From an uncultured delta proteobacterium (lineage in GTDB: Bacteria; Desulfobacterota; Desulfuromonadia; Desulfuromonadales; JACZKF01), in NCBI GenBank assembly GCA_963816395.1, contig CAWFKQ010000005.1, positions 64,001 through 128,000 on the forward strand: a DNA stretch of 64,000 bases, given 5' to 3'. The position numbers and the translations under genes were made by a program. Below the pieces are notes generated by a model that was not told where the DNA came from, did no database searches, and worked only from the letters and a program-made list of their open reading frames with translations. This document shows, in pieces, positions 20,621 through 31,400 of this stretch (its first letter is position 1; each line of letters begins with the position of its first letter).

Positions 20621-21357
20621 TCGCGCCCTGTTTCTGTTGCGTGTGCGGCGTTCTGCTTATCGCCACCTCGGCCGATTCCGCCACCGGCCCCACCGCGGTA
20701 AACTCCTGCGTGAATTGCCACGCCCAACTGTCCGGGAACAGCTTTGTCGGGGCCAAATCCCACAGCTGGACCGGCTCGATCCATCAGCAGCACGGCGTTA
20801 CCTGTGACAAGTGTCACGGCGGCAACCCGCAGGCCGCGGATGAGAAGCAGGCCCATGCCGGCGTCCTTGGTTCCAGCGCCCCGATGAGCCCTGTTTACTT
20901 CAAGAACATTCCAGCGACCTGCGGCAAATGTCACGGAGCCGAATTTTACAAATTCACCCAGAGCCTCCATTACCAGATGCTCGAATCGACGGGGAAGGGT
21001 CCTGACTGTGTAACCTGCCACGGGTCGATGGTGACCAAAGTTCTGATGCCCGATACCCTCGCCGCCGTGTGTGACAGGTGCCACAACGAGCGAATGGGCA
21101 TTTATCCTTTCATCCCGCAGAAGGCCAAAGCGGTTCTGCTGCTGCTCAAGGAGAGTGAGGACCTTCTGGCTGCCGATGAGAAACTGTATCAATCGGCCAG
21201 CAACACGGCCGCGGCCCAGGCCCTCCGCGATGCCAGCGCTTCCCTGCACGCGGCCAAACTGGATTGGCACAAATTCGACCTGGATACGATTACGAACCAT
21301 CTGCAGGCTTTCTATGATGCCCTCCGGAAACTGTCCGCGGACAAGTCGCAGCCATGA
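20607..21357 (+). CDS. Periplasmic pentaheme cytochrome c (frameshift in signal peptide)
   Basis: CVNCH, CDKCH, CGKCH, CVTCH and CDRCH, followed by a helical C-terminus. Confidence 0.9.
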
Positions 21358-21525
21358 ATGCCGCTGTGAAACCAGACACCGGCTCCAGCCGGATTTGAGA
21401 GTCGCTTTTAGCTGCTGAGGACAGGGAGACCGCAAGACCAACAGGGGCACCCCTCTTAGATACTGATGCTCACGCCTGCGACTCCGGCCCGATTCCCTCT
21501 CCGGGGGAAATTGACATTCCCTTGA

Positions 21526-23148
21526 ATGCTCCTAACATTAAGCTACCTGGCATGGGTAGCGGACCATCTCGGCAGCCCGACATTTCTGGACAGATATGCG
21601 CAAATGCCAAGCAAAACTTCTGGGGTAAGGCGCCTTCGGCGGCTTTCTGTCCGCGCTCTGTTCCTTCGCCCAGCCATCCTGTTCGCTCTTCTTCTTTTCC
21701 CCCTGCAGCCGCAGGCGGCGGAATTCATCGACCATTTCGCCAACCTGCGCACCCTCTATCGCCTGAGCATGCAGCACCAGCCGGCAAGCGGCGCCTTCAT
21801 TCTGGAAAAGGGTGAGGATGCGCTGCTGGCGAGGGCCTGGATGGTCGGCACCGCAGTCGATAGCCTCGATATTCTCACCTTCATCTGGAAACTCGACAAT
21901 ATCGGCATTATTGCCACCGACGCTCTGTTGCGGGCCGCCGATAGGGGAGTGCGGGTACGGGTGGTCGTCGATGATATGGTCCTGCAGCAGAAAGACCTGG
22001 AAACGCTTCTGGCCCTTGCCGCTCATCCGCGGATAGATATCCGCATTTACAATCCGGAAAGGATCGTCGGCGTCTCAATAGCGGAACTGGTGATCAATGT
22101 CCTGACCGACTTCCGCCAATACAACCAGCGATTGCACAACAAGAGCTTTCTGGCCGATGGAATCATCGGCATCACCGGCGGGCGCAACGTGGCGAACGAA
22201 TATTTCGATTACGATCAGAAGTACAATTTTCGCGATCGCGACATCATGGTGGTCGGGCCAGTCGTCGATTCAATGCAGAAGAATTTCGAAACCTTTTGGA
22301 GCAGCAATCAGGCCAGACCGATCGAGGAACTGTTGCCCGCCCGGCGAGCCGGCCTCAGCGATGCCCAAATTCGCACGATCTATGGACAGCTGCACGCCTG
22401 CGCCGAACGGTTGATCGAGCAACTCCCACTGGTAAAACGGGTTCTATTAGACCGGGAAGAGCGGATGGCTGGAATGCTCCGGCAGATGGTATGGACCCCG
22501 CAGATCTGGTTCGTCAGCGATCTGCCAGGAAAAAACTTGGGGAAGCCGGGACTTGGGGGCGGCGGCAGAATGGCCGAGGCACTGGCCGGAGCCATTGCCG
22601 AAGCCAGAAAAGAAATTACCATCCAGTCCCCCTATATGGTTCTGGAAGGGGAGGGACTGGGGCTATATGAAAAATTACACGACGGTGTTGAAGTGCAGAT
22701 CAGCACCAATTCCCTGGCATCCACCGACAACATTGCGGCCTTCAGCGGTTATGCCAAGGAGCGGCAGGACCTCCTCAATGCCGGTTTTCTGATCCGCGAG
22801 TTCCGTCCCCGGCCGGAGATCGAGCGGGAGCTGATCGACCGCTACCTGGGGCGGGGGAAAGAGGTGCCCATCTTCGTGCTGCACGCCAAAAGCCTGGTGG
22901 TGGATGGCGAACTCCTCTATGTCGGCACCTATAACATCGACCCCCGCTCGGCGAGTCTGAACACCGAAGAAGGAATTTTCGTCCGCAACCGGGAATTGGC
23001 CAGCCAGGTGGAGGAGGCCATCGAAAAAGGCATGCTGCCGGAAAACAGCTGGAATCCCAGACTGCATGATCCGAACCGCAAAGCCGGGTGGTGGCGGAGG
23101 TTGAAATTGGGCATTTATCGGCTGCTGCCGATCGATCCTCTGCTGTAG
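21526..23148 (+). CDS. Phospholipase D family protein (ClsC/YmdC-like); start uncertain
   Basis: Two HKD motifs: HNKSFLAD..GGRN and HAKSLVVD...GTYN.DPRS. Confidence 0.9.
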   Translation: MLLTLSYLAWVADHLGSPTFLDRYAQMPSKTSGVRRLRRLSVRALFLRPAILFALLLFPLQPQAAEFIDHFANLRTLYRLSMQHQPASGAFILEKGEDALLARAWMVGTAVDSLDILTFIWKLDNIGIIATDALLRAADRGVRVRVVVDDMVLQQKDLETLLALAAHPRIDIRIYNPERIVGVSIAELVINVLTDFRQYNQRLHNKSFLADGIIGITGGRNVANEYFDYDQKYNFRDRDIMVVGPVVDSMQKNFETFWSSNQARPIEELLPARRAGLSDAQIRTIYGQLHACAERLIEQLPLVKRVLLDREERMAGMLRQMVWTPQIWFVSDLPGKNLGKPGLGGGGRMAEALAGAIAEARKEITIQSPYMVLEGEGLGLYEKLHDGVEVQISTNSLASTDNIAAFSGYAKERQDLLNAGFLIREFRPRPEIERELIDRYLGRGKEVPIFVLHAKSLVVDGELLYVGTYNIDPRSASLNTEEGIFVRNRELASQVEEAIEKGMLPENSWNPRLHDPNRKAGWWRRLKLGIYRLLPIDPLL

Positions 23149-23189
23149 ATGTTTTTCCTTGACAAAAAAATAAGAGATGTTAAATTAAC

Positions 23190-23282
23190 TGAAACTCAAG
23201 TTGTATCTCGATAAACAACTGCCGTTTACCGGCAGAATTTTTGCCCCGTGGCATCCCTTCCTTGGCTGCGGGGCGTTTTTTT
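23190..23282 (+). ncRNA. Candidate small RNA (~90 nt)
   Basis: TTGACA (23159) and TAAATT (23181) promoter, two hairpins, GC-rich terminator with T7. No ORF. Confidence 0.45.
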
Positions 23283-23286
23283 CTGC

Positions 23287-23321
23287 AAAAAAAGGCTCTG
23301 TCTGCTGACAGGGCCTTTTTT
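23287..23321 (-). terminator. Intrinsic terminator of the transglutaminase gene (bidirectional)
   Basis: A7-GGCTCTGTC-TGCT-GACAGGGCC-T6. Confidence 0.8.
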
Positions 23322-23345
23322 GCACATCCCCCGCAGCGAAAACGC

Positions 23346-24359
23346 TCACCTCTTCTGATAGGTGATGGTGTACTTGAAGGTCGCCGGATCGAGCCAGTCG
23401 AGGGTGTCGTCTCCCACTTGAGCGTAGGGGTACATCAGGTAGTTGACCGGTCCGCCCGCCTGGGGCGGGTTGAGGGTCAGGTCGCGGCCGTGGCTGAGAG
23501 CCACCCGAGAGGCGTCGATGCCGCCCCAGAAGTAGTTGCGGTAGTCGGCTGTCCGAGGGTCTTCCAGGTTGAGGTGCTCAACAAGCATTTTCTTGCGCAC
23601 ATCCGCCGGATCGACGGGAACCCAGCCGTAGCCCGGCAGGAAAAACTCGGCCCAGCAGTGATACCAGGTGGTGATGTCCTGCCCCGATTCCTTCCCCTGG
23701 CGCAGGCCGAAGGTATCGCGGGCCGGTACGCCGGCGGCTCGTGCCAGGGCGACGAAGACGGAGGAGATATCAGCGCATTTGCCCCCCGGCCGCGACAGCA
23801 GGGTGCAGACATCCCCCTTGCCGCAGCCGCGGGTCTGGGGATCGCGGTACATGTTCACGCAGATCCAGTCATAGATGGCTTTTGCTTTGGCGAGTACGGT
23901 GGTCTTTCCGACGGTAATGCTATCGGCAAGTTTCTTGACTTCGCCATCGGTGGGGCCGAAGGTGGTCGGAGCCAGATCGGCCGCGTAGTCGGCCCGATTC
24001 CAGGCCCCTTCCTCGATCGGGAAATCGCGGCGGATGACCTCCTTGCGGTCGACGTCGAAGGCAAAGGTCAGCAGACGGCTTCCGGCGTCTTTGTCCCAGC
24101 GGGCGTAGAGCATCGGAGTGCCCGTCGCCTGGTCGGTATACACCCCCTCATTGACAAAATTTCCAGTGACGCGGATATTGGTGATCTTCTGGTCCCGGTT
24201 GGAGACGGGATAAGGGATCCAGAGCCGGACGTCCTTCCCGGCCGGCTGGGCCGAGAGGTCGAAGTCCATGATGATCCGCCCCGCCTGATCGGCAGCGAGG
24301 GCGCCAGTGGCTATCGCGCAGAGGGCGATTGTGAGTAAAACAACAAACACACGATTCAT
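23346..24359 (-). CDS. Exported transglutaminase-like domain protein
   Basis: Signal peptide. GKCADISSVFVALARAAGVPAR, HCWAEF and WVPVDP give the Cys-His-Asp triad. Confidence 0.92.
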   Translation of the reverse strand: MNRVFVVLLTIALCAIATGALAADQAGRIIMDFDLSAQPAGKDVRLWIPYPVSNRDQKITNIRVTGNFVNEGVYTDQATGTPMLYARWDKDAGSRLLTFAFDVDRKEVIRRDFPIEEGAWNRADYAADLAPTTFGPTDGEVKKLADSITVGKTTVLAKAKAIYDWICVNMYRDPQTRGCGKGDVCTLLSRPGGKCADISSVFVALARAAGVPARDTFGLRQGKESGQDITTWYHCWAEFFLPGYGWVPVDPADVRKKMLVEHLNLEDPRTADYRNYFWGGIDASRVALSHGRDLTLNPPQAGGPVNYLMYPYAQVGDDTLDWLDPATFKYTITYQKR

Positions 24360-24653
24360 GAAATTCCTCCCTTTTAGCCAAAGTATGCCGAAAAGGCTAA
24401 CAGGGAGATCGTTGAAAAGTCCAATATAAAAAATGGATATTATGGATATGGATTATCGGCAAAGACTAATGGATTGGCGTCGTTTACAACGAACTCCTTT
24501 CCATCCGGAACCCGCACCGCTGCCAGTCAGGGCCGGGCAGATAATTGGGAAAGTTTCGGCCCTCGGTGAGGACAAGGTTGCAGAAGGCGTATTTTCGTTT
24601 ATAACGGCCTTCGACATGCCCAGGTTGACCGGGAAAGGGAAGGGCGGCTTCCT

Positions 24654-25214
24654 TCAGGAGGATCGGAGGGGGGTTGACTGGGCTGCTTGCATCCCCTCGG
24701 CCGGTAAGGGCATCCAGAAAAGAGTCCCCTTCTGGCGACCGAACAACAGGGCTGCCTGCCGGTCCGCCACCCAGATGTCCACCGTCCGCTTCCAGCGGGG
24801 ATTCATCCGGTCCTGGACCTCGAAGAACCCGTGACCGGGGATGAGCACCCGCTGCCCGAACTTCAGGCCCATTTCCCGCATCAAGTCATCGGAAACCGCT
24901 ATGATACCGATGCGTACCGATTGCGAAGAAGCGGTGACATACGGGGTTTCGTCGCACTGCTTGACAGTAGAGGAATACGCGGTCAGGGTGACCGGTACGG
25001 AGCGGATACGGTCAAGTTGCACCGGTGAGCCGAAAAAATCTTCCAGCAGGCCGAGGGCGCGGTTCAGATCTTCACGCAGTCGGGAATCCTCCTGGGCCGC
25101 GACCTGCTGTGGGGCAGGTGCGGCGACCGGAACCGATCCGGCATCCGCACGGAAATAGATATCCAGGCCGAGCACCAGCACCATGGTCAGAAGCAGAAAA
25201 CGCAGGGTGTTCAT
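24654..25214 (-). CDS. 3D domain (lytic transglycosylase-like) protein
   Basis: TLTAYS..VKQCDETPYVTAS, IAVS.D, and VQDRMNPRW...VDIW. Confidence 0.85.
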   Translation of the reverse strand: MNTLRFLLLTMVLVLGLDIYFRADAGSVPVAAPAPQQVAAQEDSRLREDLNRALGLLEDFFGSPVQLDRIRSVPVTLTAYSSTVKQCDETPYVTASSQSVRIGIIAVSDDLMREMGLKFGQRVLIPGHGFFEVQDRMNPRWKRTVDIWVADRQAALLFGRQKGTLFWMPLPAEGMQAAQSTPLRSS

Positions 25215-25380
25215 GAAACCATCATTTCCCGTCATGGCTCGCCTCCACTATAATGAAAGCCAGCTCAAACTATATCCGGAAATCCCGCCGGGTCAACCGC
25301 CCCCCGAGCAACGGCGGAAGAGGCTTTCTCCCGGCCGGCAAATACGGTATTCTTCCCTACTCATCCCCTCCGAGGCGAAC

Positions 25381-25764
25381 ATGCGAGCGAAAACAGTTTA
25401 TTTCCGCATCATCCCCCTGGTCGTCTGGACGCTCACCGTCCTCGTGCTGTCCCTGGAGTCGAGTCCGCCGCATTTCGATTTCGCACTGGCTTCCTGGGAC
25501 AAATTCCAGCACGCCGCCGCCTATGCCATGCTCACAGCCCTGGCCGGTTATGCCTTCTTGCCGTACTGCCGGCGACCGGCGACCGCCTGGCTGATGGCTT
25601 TTCTGGTCGCGGTGGTCTATGGCGGGCTGCTGGAGATAGCGCAGGGGACCTTTACCGCCGTTCGCACCCCCGACTGGAGAGATCTGGCCGCCGATGCCGT
25701 CGGTGCCGCCGTCGTTGTGGTGGCCGCTCGCCTGCTCGCTTTCCGTTTTCGTGCTCGCCCATGA
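25381..25764 (+). CDS. VanZ family membrane protein
   Basis: DKFQHAAAYA, YGGLLEIAQ, and RTPDWRDLAAD..GA. Confidence 0.9.
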   Translation: MRAKTVYFRIIPLVVWTLTVLVLSLESSPPHFDFALASWDKFQHAAAYAMLTALAGYAFLPYCRRPATAWLMAFLVAVVYGGLLEIAQGTFTAVRTPDWRDLAADAVGAAVVVVAARLLAFRFRARP

Positions 25765-28449
25765 ATTCTTCATTGCTGGAAGATCTTCTGCTGGATACCG
25801 CCGCTGAAGGCGCTTTGGTGCTGACCGCTACCAAGCGGCTGGCCCGTCGTCTGCGCCAGCTGGTTGATCAGCGCCTGGGAGCCGCCGACAGGGGCGTCTG
25901 GCTGACGCCGGCGATCCACAGCGGCGATGCCTGGCTGCGGCAGACGGCAGCTGCCCTCGGGGAAGGCTGGCGCCTGCTTGGAACGCAGCCGGCCAGACGG
26001 CTGTGGGAAAAAATCATCGAAACCGAGAGTGCCGGTTCCGTCCGGGAACTTTTGCAGGTGAGTGCGACCGCCCGCCTCGCCGAAGCGGCCCAGGCGCTGC
26101 TTGCCGAATACGGTGGCGATCCCGACGATTATCCCCTGACCGCCGACCACCTCACCTTTCTGCGCTGGCGCCGCAGCTACCTGGAAACCCTTCGCCAGGA
26201 AGGTTGGATGGATGGGGCGATTCTCGCCGCGACCGTCATCGCGGCGGTAGAACGGGGGGAGTTGCCGGTGCCGAAGGTGGTCTGGCTCACCGGTTTTGAT
26301 GATCTGCCGCCGCGCCTGCGGCGCTTGGCGGCTGCCTTCACCGTCCATGGTTCGCAGGTGCGCGAGCTTCCCCCGGCGGCGGAACCCCGCGGAGAGCTGG
26401 TGCGGCTGGGTTGCGCCGATGCCCGGGAGGAGGTGCGCCGGGCCGCGCGCTGGGCGCGTCGCCTGCTGGAAGGGGGGGAAGGGGAAATCGGTGTCATCGT
26501 CCCCGACCTGGAAGGTTACCGGTCCCTGATCGAACGTATTTTCCGCGAGGAGATCGATCCCGAAGCGCAGCTTCGGCCCGGCGCCGGGGAATCCCGCTTC
26601 AATCTCTCCCTCGGCGAGCCGCTGGCGGGGCAGGGAGCGGTAGTGGCCGCCCTGGAAATTCTCGCCGCCGCGCGCTCCCTGCCCCTGGCGCAGGCCGGCT
26701 TTCTGCTGCGTTCCCCCTACCTGGGGGGGAGTCAGCGTGAGGCGACCGCCCGCGCCCGTCTGGACCGGCTGCTGCGCACCGCCGGCGAGCCGGCGGTCTC
26801 CCTCGGGCGGCTGCAGCGGCTGGCGGAGAAGCAGGAGCCGGAAACCGGGCGCCAGGCCGCTCCCCTGGCCGGGGCGATCTTCCACCAGCTGCGGTCGGCG
26901 GTTCAGGAGCAGCGTCGGTTTTTGCCCGGCGGGTGGGCCAGCCGCTTCGCCGGCCAGCTGCAGGCGGTCGGCTGGCCCGGGGAGCGCCCTCTGGACAGCC
27001 ACGATTTCCAGGTGGTCAAAGCCTTTCGGGAGAAGGTGCTGCCGCAGCTCGCCGCCTTCGATCTGGTATCCGGACCGGTGGAGCGCGGCGAAGCCCTGGC
27101 GCTGCTGCGCCGGTTGGCCGCGGAAACCGAATTCCAGGCGGAAGGTGCGGAAAGTCCGGTGCAGGTGGTCGGTCTGCTGGAGGCGGCCGGCCTGCGCTTC
27201 CGCCATCTCTGGGTGATGGGGCTGCACGACGGCGCCCTGCCGGCCGCGGCTCGTCCAAATCCTTTCCTGCCGGTGGCGTTGCAGGTGGCCGCCGGCATGC
27301 CGCACGCCAGCGCCGAGCGCGAAGGGGCTTTTGCCAGCCGGGTCGCCGTCCGTCTCTTCGCCGCCGCCCCGGCAGTGATTCTCAGCCACCCGCTGCGGCA
27401 GGGGGATGCCGCCCTGCTGCCGAGCCCGTTGATCCGCGACCTGCCCGAAGGCGAGGTCCCCCTTGCCCCGAGCCGCGCCCCCGCTGCCCTCTGGCGGCAG
27501 GCGGCGCCCCCGGCCGAGGAGCTTGCCGACCACTCCGCGCCGCCCCTGGCCGCCGGGGAGCGGGTGAGCGGCGGCACGGCGATCCTCCGCGACCAGGCTC
27601 TCTGCCCCTTTCGCGCCTTCGCCCGACACCGTCTGGGCGCCGCCGCCCTCGAGGTTCCCGATATCGGTCTGGATCCCCGCGTGCGCGGTAACCTGCTGCA
27701 CAAGGTGCTGGAGTTCTTCTGGCAGAAGACGCAAAGCCAGGCTGGCCTGCTGGTGCTGGGGGAAACGGCGCGGCAGCAGCGACTGGAGGAGTGCATCGAG
27801 GAGGCCGTGCAGGCGCTTTTCCCGGAGGGAAAGGCCCGCCCGGCGGCGGCGCTCCTGGCGCTCGAAAGCGACCGCCTGCGGCGGCTGCTGGACGAATGGC
27901 TGGCGATTGAAAGCCAGCGGACCCCTTTTGCCGTGCTCGAAGAGGAGAAAGAATACCGGGAGCATTTCGGCGGAGTTGAGGTCGTCACCCGCATCGACCG
28001 GATGGACCAACTAGCCGACGGCAGCCGGGTCGTGCTGGATTACAAGACCGGGCAGGTGGACGCCGCCGACCTGATCGGCGAACGCCTGCTGGAGCCGCAG
28101 TTGCCGGTTTACGGCCTCGGCCGGGGCGGGGAAGAACTGGCTGGGGTCGCCTTCGCCAGCCTGCGCCGCGGCAAGTGCGCCTTCTGCGGCGTGGCGCGCA
28201 GCGCCGAAGTGCTGCCGAAGGTGCCGGCCCTGACCGACTGGAAGAAGGCGCAGGAATTCGGACTCGACTGGTCCGAACTGCTGCACCGCTGGCGGCGAGC
28301 AGCTCAATGCACTGGGGCGTTCCTTTGCCGCCGGGGAGGCGGCGGTCGACCCGGTGAGCGCCGAGAAGGCCTGTCGCATTTGCGATCTGGCGCCCCTTTG
28401 CCGCATTGGGGAGGCGGTCCCTCCCGCTGCCGAAGGAGAAGAGAGATGA
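25761..28449 (+). CDS. AddB-like PD-(D/E)XK nuclease / inactive helicase subunit (frameshift near 28290)
   Basis: QALCPFRAFA and RIDRMD...VLDYKTG...QLPVY. The shifted frame gives the C-terminal CRICDLAPLCRI Fe-S cysteines. Stop overlaps ATG 28446. Confidence 0.8.
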
Positions 28450-31400
28450 GCTGTCCCATCGCCGACGCCGCTGAGCGCCGGGCCGCGCTCGAGCCGGCCC
28501 GCTCCTGCATCGTTCAGGCACCGGCCGGTTCGGGGAAGACCGAGCTGCTCATCCAGCGCTTTCTCGCTTTGCTGGCGGTGGTCGAGCGCCCCGAGGAAAT
28601 TCTCGCCATCACCTTTACCCGCAAGGCCGCCGGGGAGATGCGCAGCCGTCTGCTGGAGGCGCTGGAGCGGGGAAGCGGCGGTCGTCCGGAGCGGGAGCAC
28701 GAGGCGGAGACCTGGACCCTCGCCCGGGCCGTCCTCGAGCAGGACCGCCGGCTCGGCTGGAATCTGCGGGAGAATCCCGGCCGGCTGGCCATCCAGACCA
28801 TCGACAGCTTCAACGCCTCCCTGGTGCGGCGCATGCCCTGGCTTACCCGCCTCGGCGGCGTGCCGCGGCTGACGGAAGCGCCCGCCGCCCTCTACCGGCG
28901 GGCGGCCGAACGCGCCCTGGAGCGGTTGCGGTCAGGAGGGGCGCAGGGGGAGGGGATCGCCCGCCTGCTGGCCCACCTGGACAATCGCCTCGATCACCTG
29001 CGCGACCTGCTGGTCGGCATGCTCGCCCGCCGGGATCAATGGCTGCGCCATCTGACGGGAGCGCGCGGCGAGGAGCACCGGCAGCGGCTGGAGAATGCCC
29101 TGCGCTCCCTGGTGGAAGCGGGGCTGACGGCGGCAAACGCCGCCATTCCCGAAGCGGTTCGCATCGAACTGGTCGAACTGGTCGGCTTCGCCGCCGGCAA
29201 TCTGGCCACCGACGGGAAGGACGGACCGCTGGCCCGGCTGGCCGGAATGGAGGACTTCCCGGCCGCTACGGCCGATGATCTGCCCGCCTGGCATGGTCTG
29301 GCAGAACTGCTGCTGACCGCCAGGAACGAACTGCGGCTGGCGGTGGATAAGCGGTGCGGCTTTCCCGCCGACAAGAAAGAGCCCTGCCTGAGCATGAAGC
29401 AGCGCATGCGCCATCTTCTCGACTGGCTGGGTGAGGAGCCGGCGGCCGTCGAGGCTCTGGCGCGGGTGCGGGATCTGCCGCCGGTGGCCTATGAGGAGGC
29501 GCAGTGGCAGGTGCTGCGCGCCCTGGTCGACCTGCTGCCCCTGGTGGTGGCCGAGCTGTGGCTGGTCTTTCGCGAGGAAGGAACCGCCGATTTCGCCGAG
29601 ATCGCCTTGCAGGCGCAGCGGGCGCTGCGGGAGGACGACAGCCCCAGCGAATTGCTGCTGCGCCTGGACAGCCGCCTCAGCCACATCCTGGTCGACGAAT
29701 TCCAGGACACCTCCCATCTGCAGTTCGAATTGCTGCAGATCCTCACCGAGGGGTGGAGCCCCGGCGATGGCCGCACTCTGTTTCTGGTCGGCGACCCGAT
29801 GCAGTCGATCTACCGCTTCCGCGAAGCCGAGGTTGGTCTGTTTCTCCAGGCGCGCCGCGGCGGGCTGCGGGAAGTGCGCCTGGAGGGCATCCGCCTCAGC
29901 GCCAATTTCCGCTCCCAGGCGGGGATCGTCGACTGGGTCAACCGGACCTTCGCCGAGCTCTTTCCCCTCGCCGAGGACGCCGCCCGCGGCGCCGTTCCCC
30001 TGGCGGCTGCCGAGCCGGTGCACGATCTGCTGCCCGGGGAGGCGGTGTCGGTCCATCCCTGGGCTGCGCGCAATGACCGCGAGGAAGCGCAGCAGGTGGC
30101 GGTGCTGGCGCAACAGGCCATGGCCGCCGGCGAATCGGCTGCCGTGCTGGTCCGCTCGCGCAGCCATCTGGCGCAGATCCTGCCGGCCCTGCGGGCCGCC
30201 GGCCTGCACTACCAGGCGCAGGACATCGACCTGCTCGCCGAGCGGCCGGCGGCCCGCGACCTGGTCTCCCTGACCCGCGCCCTGCTGCATCCCGACGACC
30301 GGCTGGCCTGGCTGTCGGTGCTGCGCGCCCCCTGGTGCGGTCTGCCCCTGGCCGACCTGCATGCCCTGTGCGGCGGCCGTTCCACGCCGATCCCGCTGCT
30401 TCTTGCCGACACGGATTCCCTGGCCCGCCTCACCGCCGACGGACGCCGGCGCGCCGAGCGGACGGCGGACCTGCTGCAGGAGGCCGGGCGGCAGCGTGGC
30501 CGCGTCAATCTGCGGCGGCTGGTGGAGGGCTGCTGGCTGGCGCTGGGCGGGCCGGTCCTGCTCGACGGCGCCGGCCTGGAGGACGCCGGGCGGGTCCTCG
30601 ACCTGTTGGAGGAACTCGATTACGGCGGCGACCTGCGCGACTTTCAGGAGCTGGAAGACGGCCTCGGCCGACTGTTCGCCGCTCCCGACAGCGAGGCCGA
30701 CGGCCGGCTGCAGGTGATGACCATCCACCGCGCCAAGGGGCTGGAGTTCGACACCGTCATCCTCCCCGGACTGGGACGGCGCCCCGCCCATGGCGACCCG
30801 CCGCTGCTGCGCTGGCTCGAACAGCCCGGATGCGGTCTGCTGCTGGGGCCGATTCATCCCCGCGACGGAGTGAGCCGCGACCCGATCTACGACGCCATCG
30901 GCCAGGTGGAGAAGGAGAAGGCGGATCTGGAAACCGGTGCGGTTGCTCTACGTCGCCGCCACCCGGGCGAAGAAGCGCCTGCACCTGCTCGGCCATGCGC
31001 CGCCGGACAAAAACGGCGCCTGCCGGCCGGAGGCCGGTTCTCTGCTGCACCGGCTCTGGCCAGCGGTGGAGGAAAAGTTTGCCGACCTGGGCGAGGAGAG
31101 CGGGGCAGGGGAGGACGCTGCCCGCCGCCGCGCCGCCGCTGCGCCGCCTGCCGGCCGACTGGCAGCCGCCGGCTTTGGCGGCGGCGCCGTTGCCGGCGGC
31201 GCTGGAGACGGTCAGCCCTTCCGGGCTGGGGAAAGAGGATGTGCGGGAGCTGGTTTTTTCCGGCTGGGAGGCGGATAGCGCCCGCCACGTCGGTACAGTC
31301 ACCCACACCTTCCTGGAGCGGATCGGCCGCGAAGGGCTGGAGCGCTGGCCGGTTGGGCGTCTTGACGAGCTGGCGACCCAGGGTGGACGCCTGCTCGGGC

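Noticed and set aside
21361..21520. Possible cyclic-dinucleotide (GEMM) riboswitch upstream of the phospholipase D gene
   Set aside because: Only a vague GACCGCAAGACC resemblance. I could not build the P1/P2 stems or the tetraloop-receptor.
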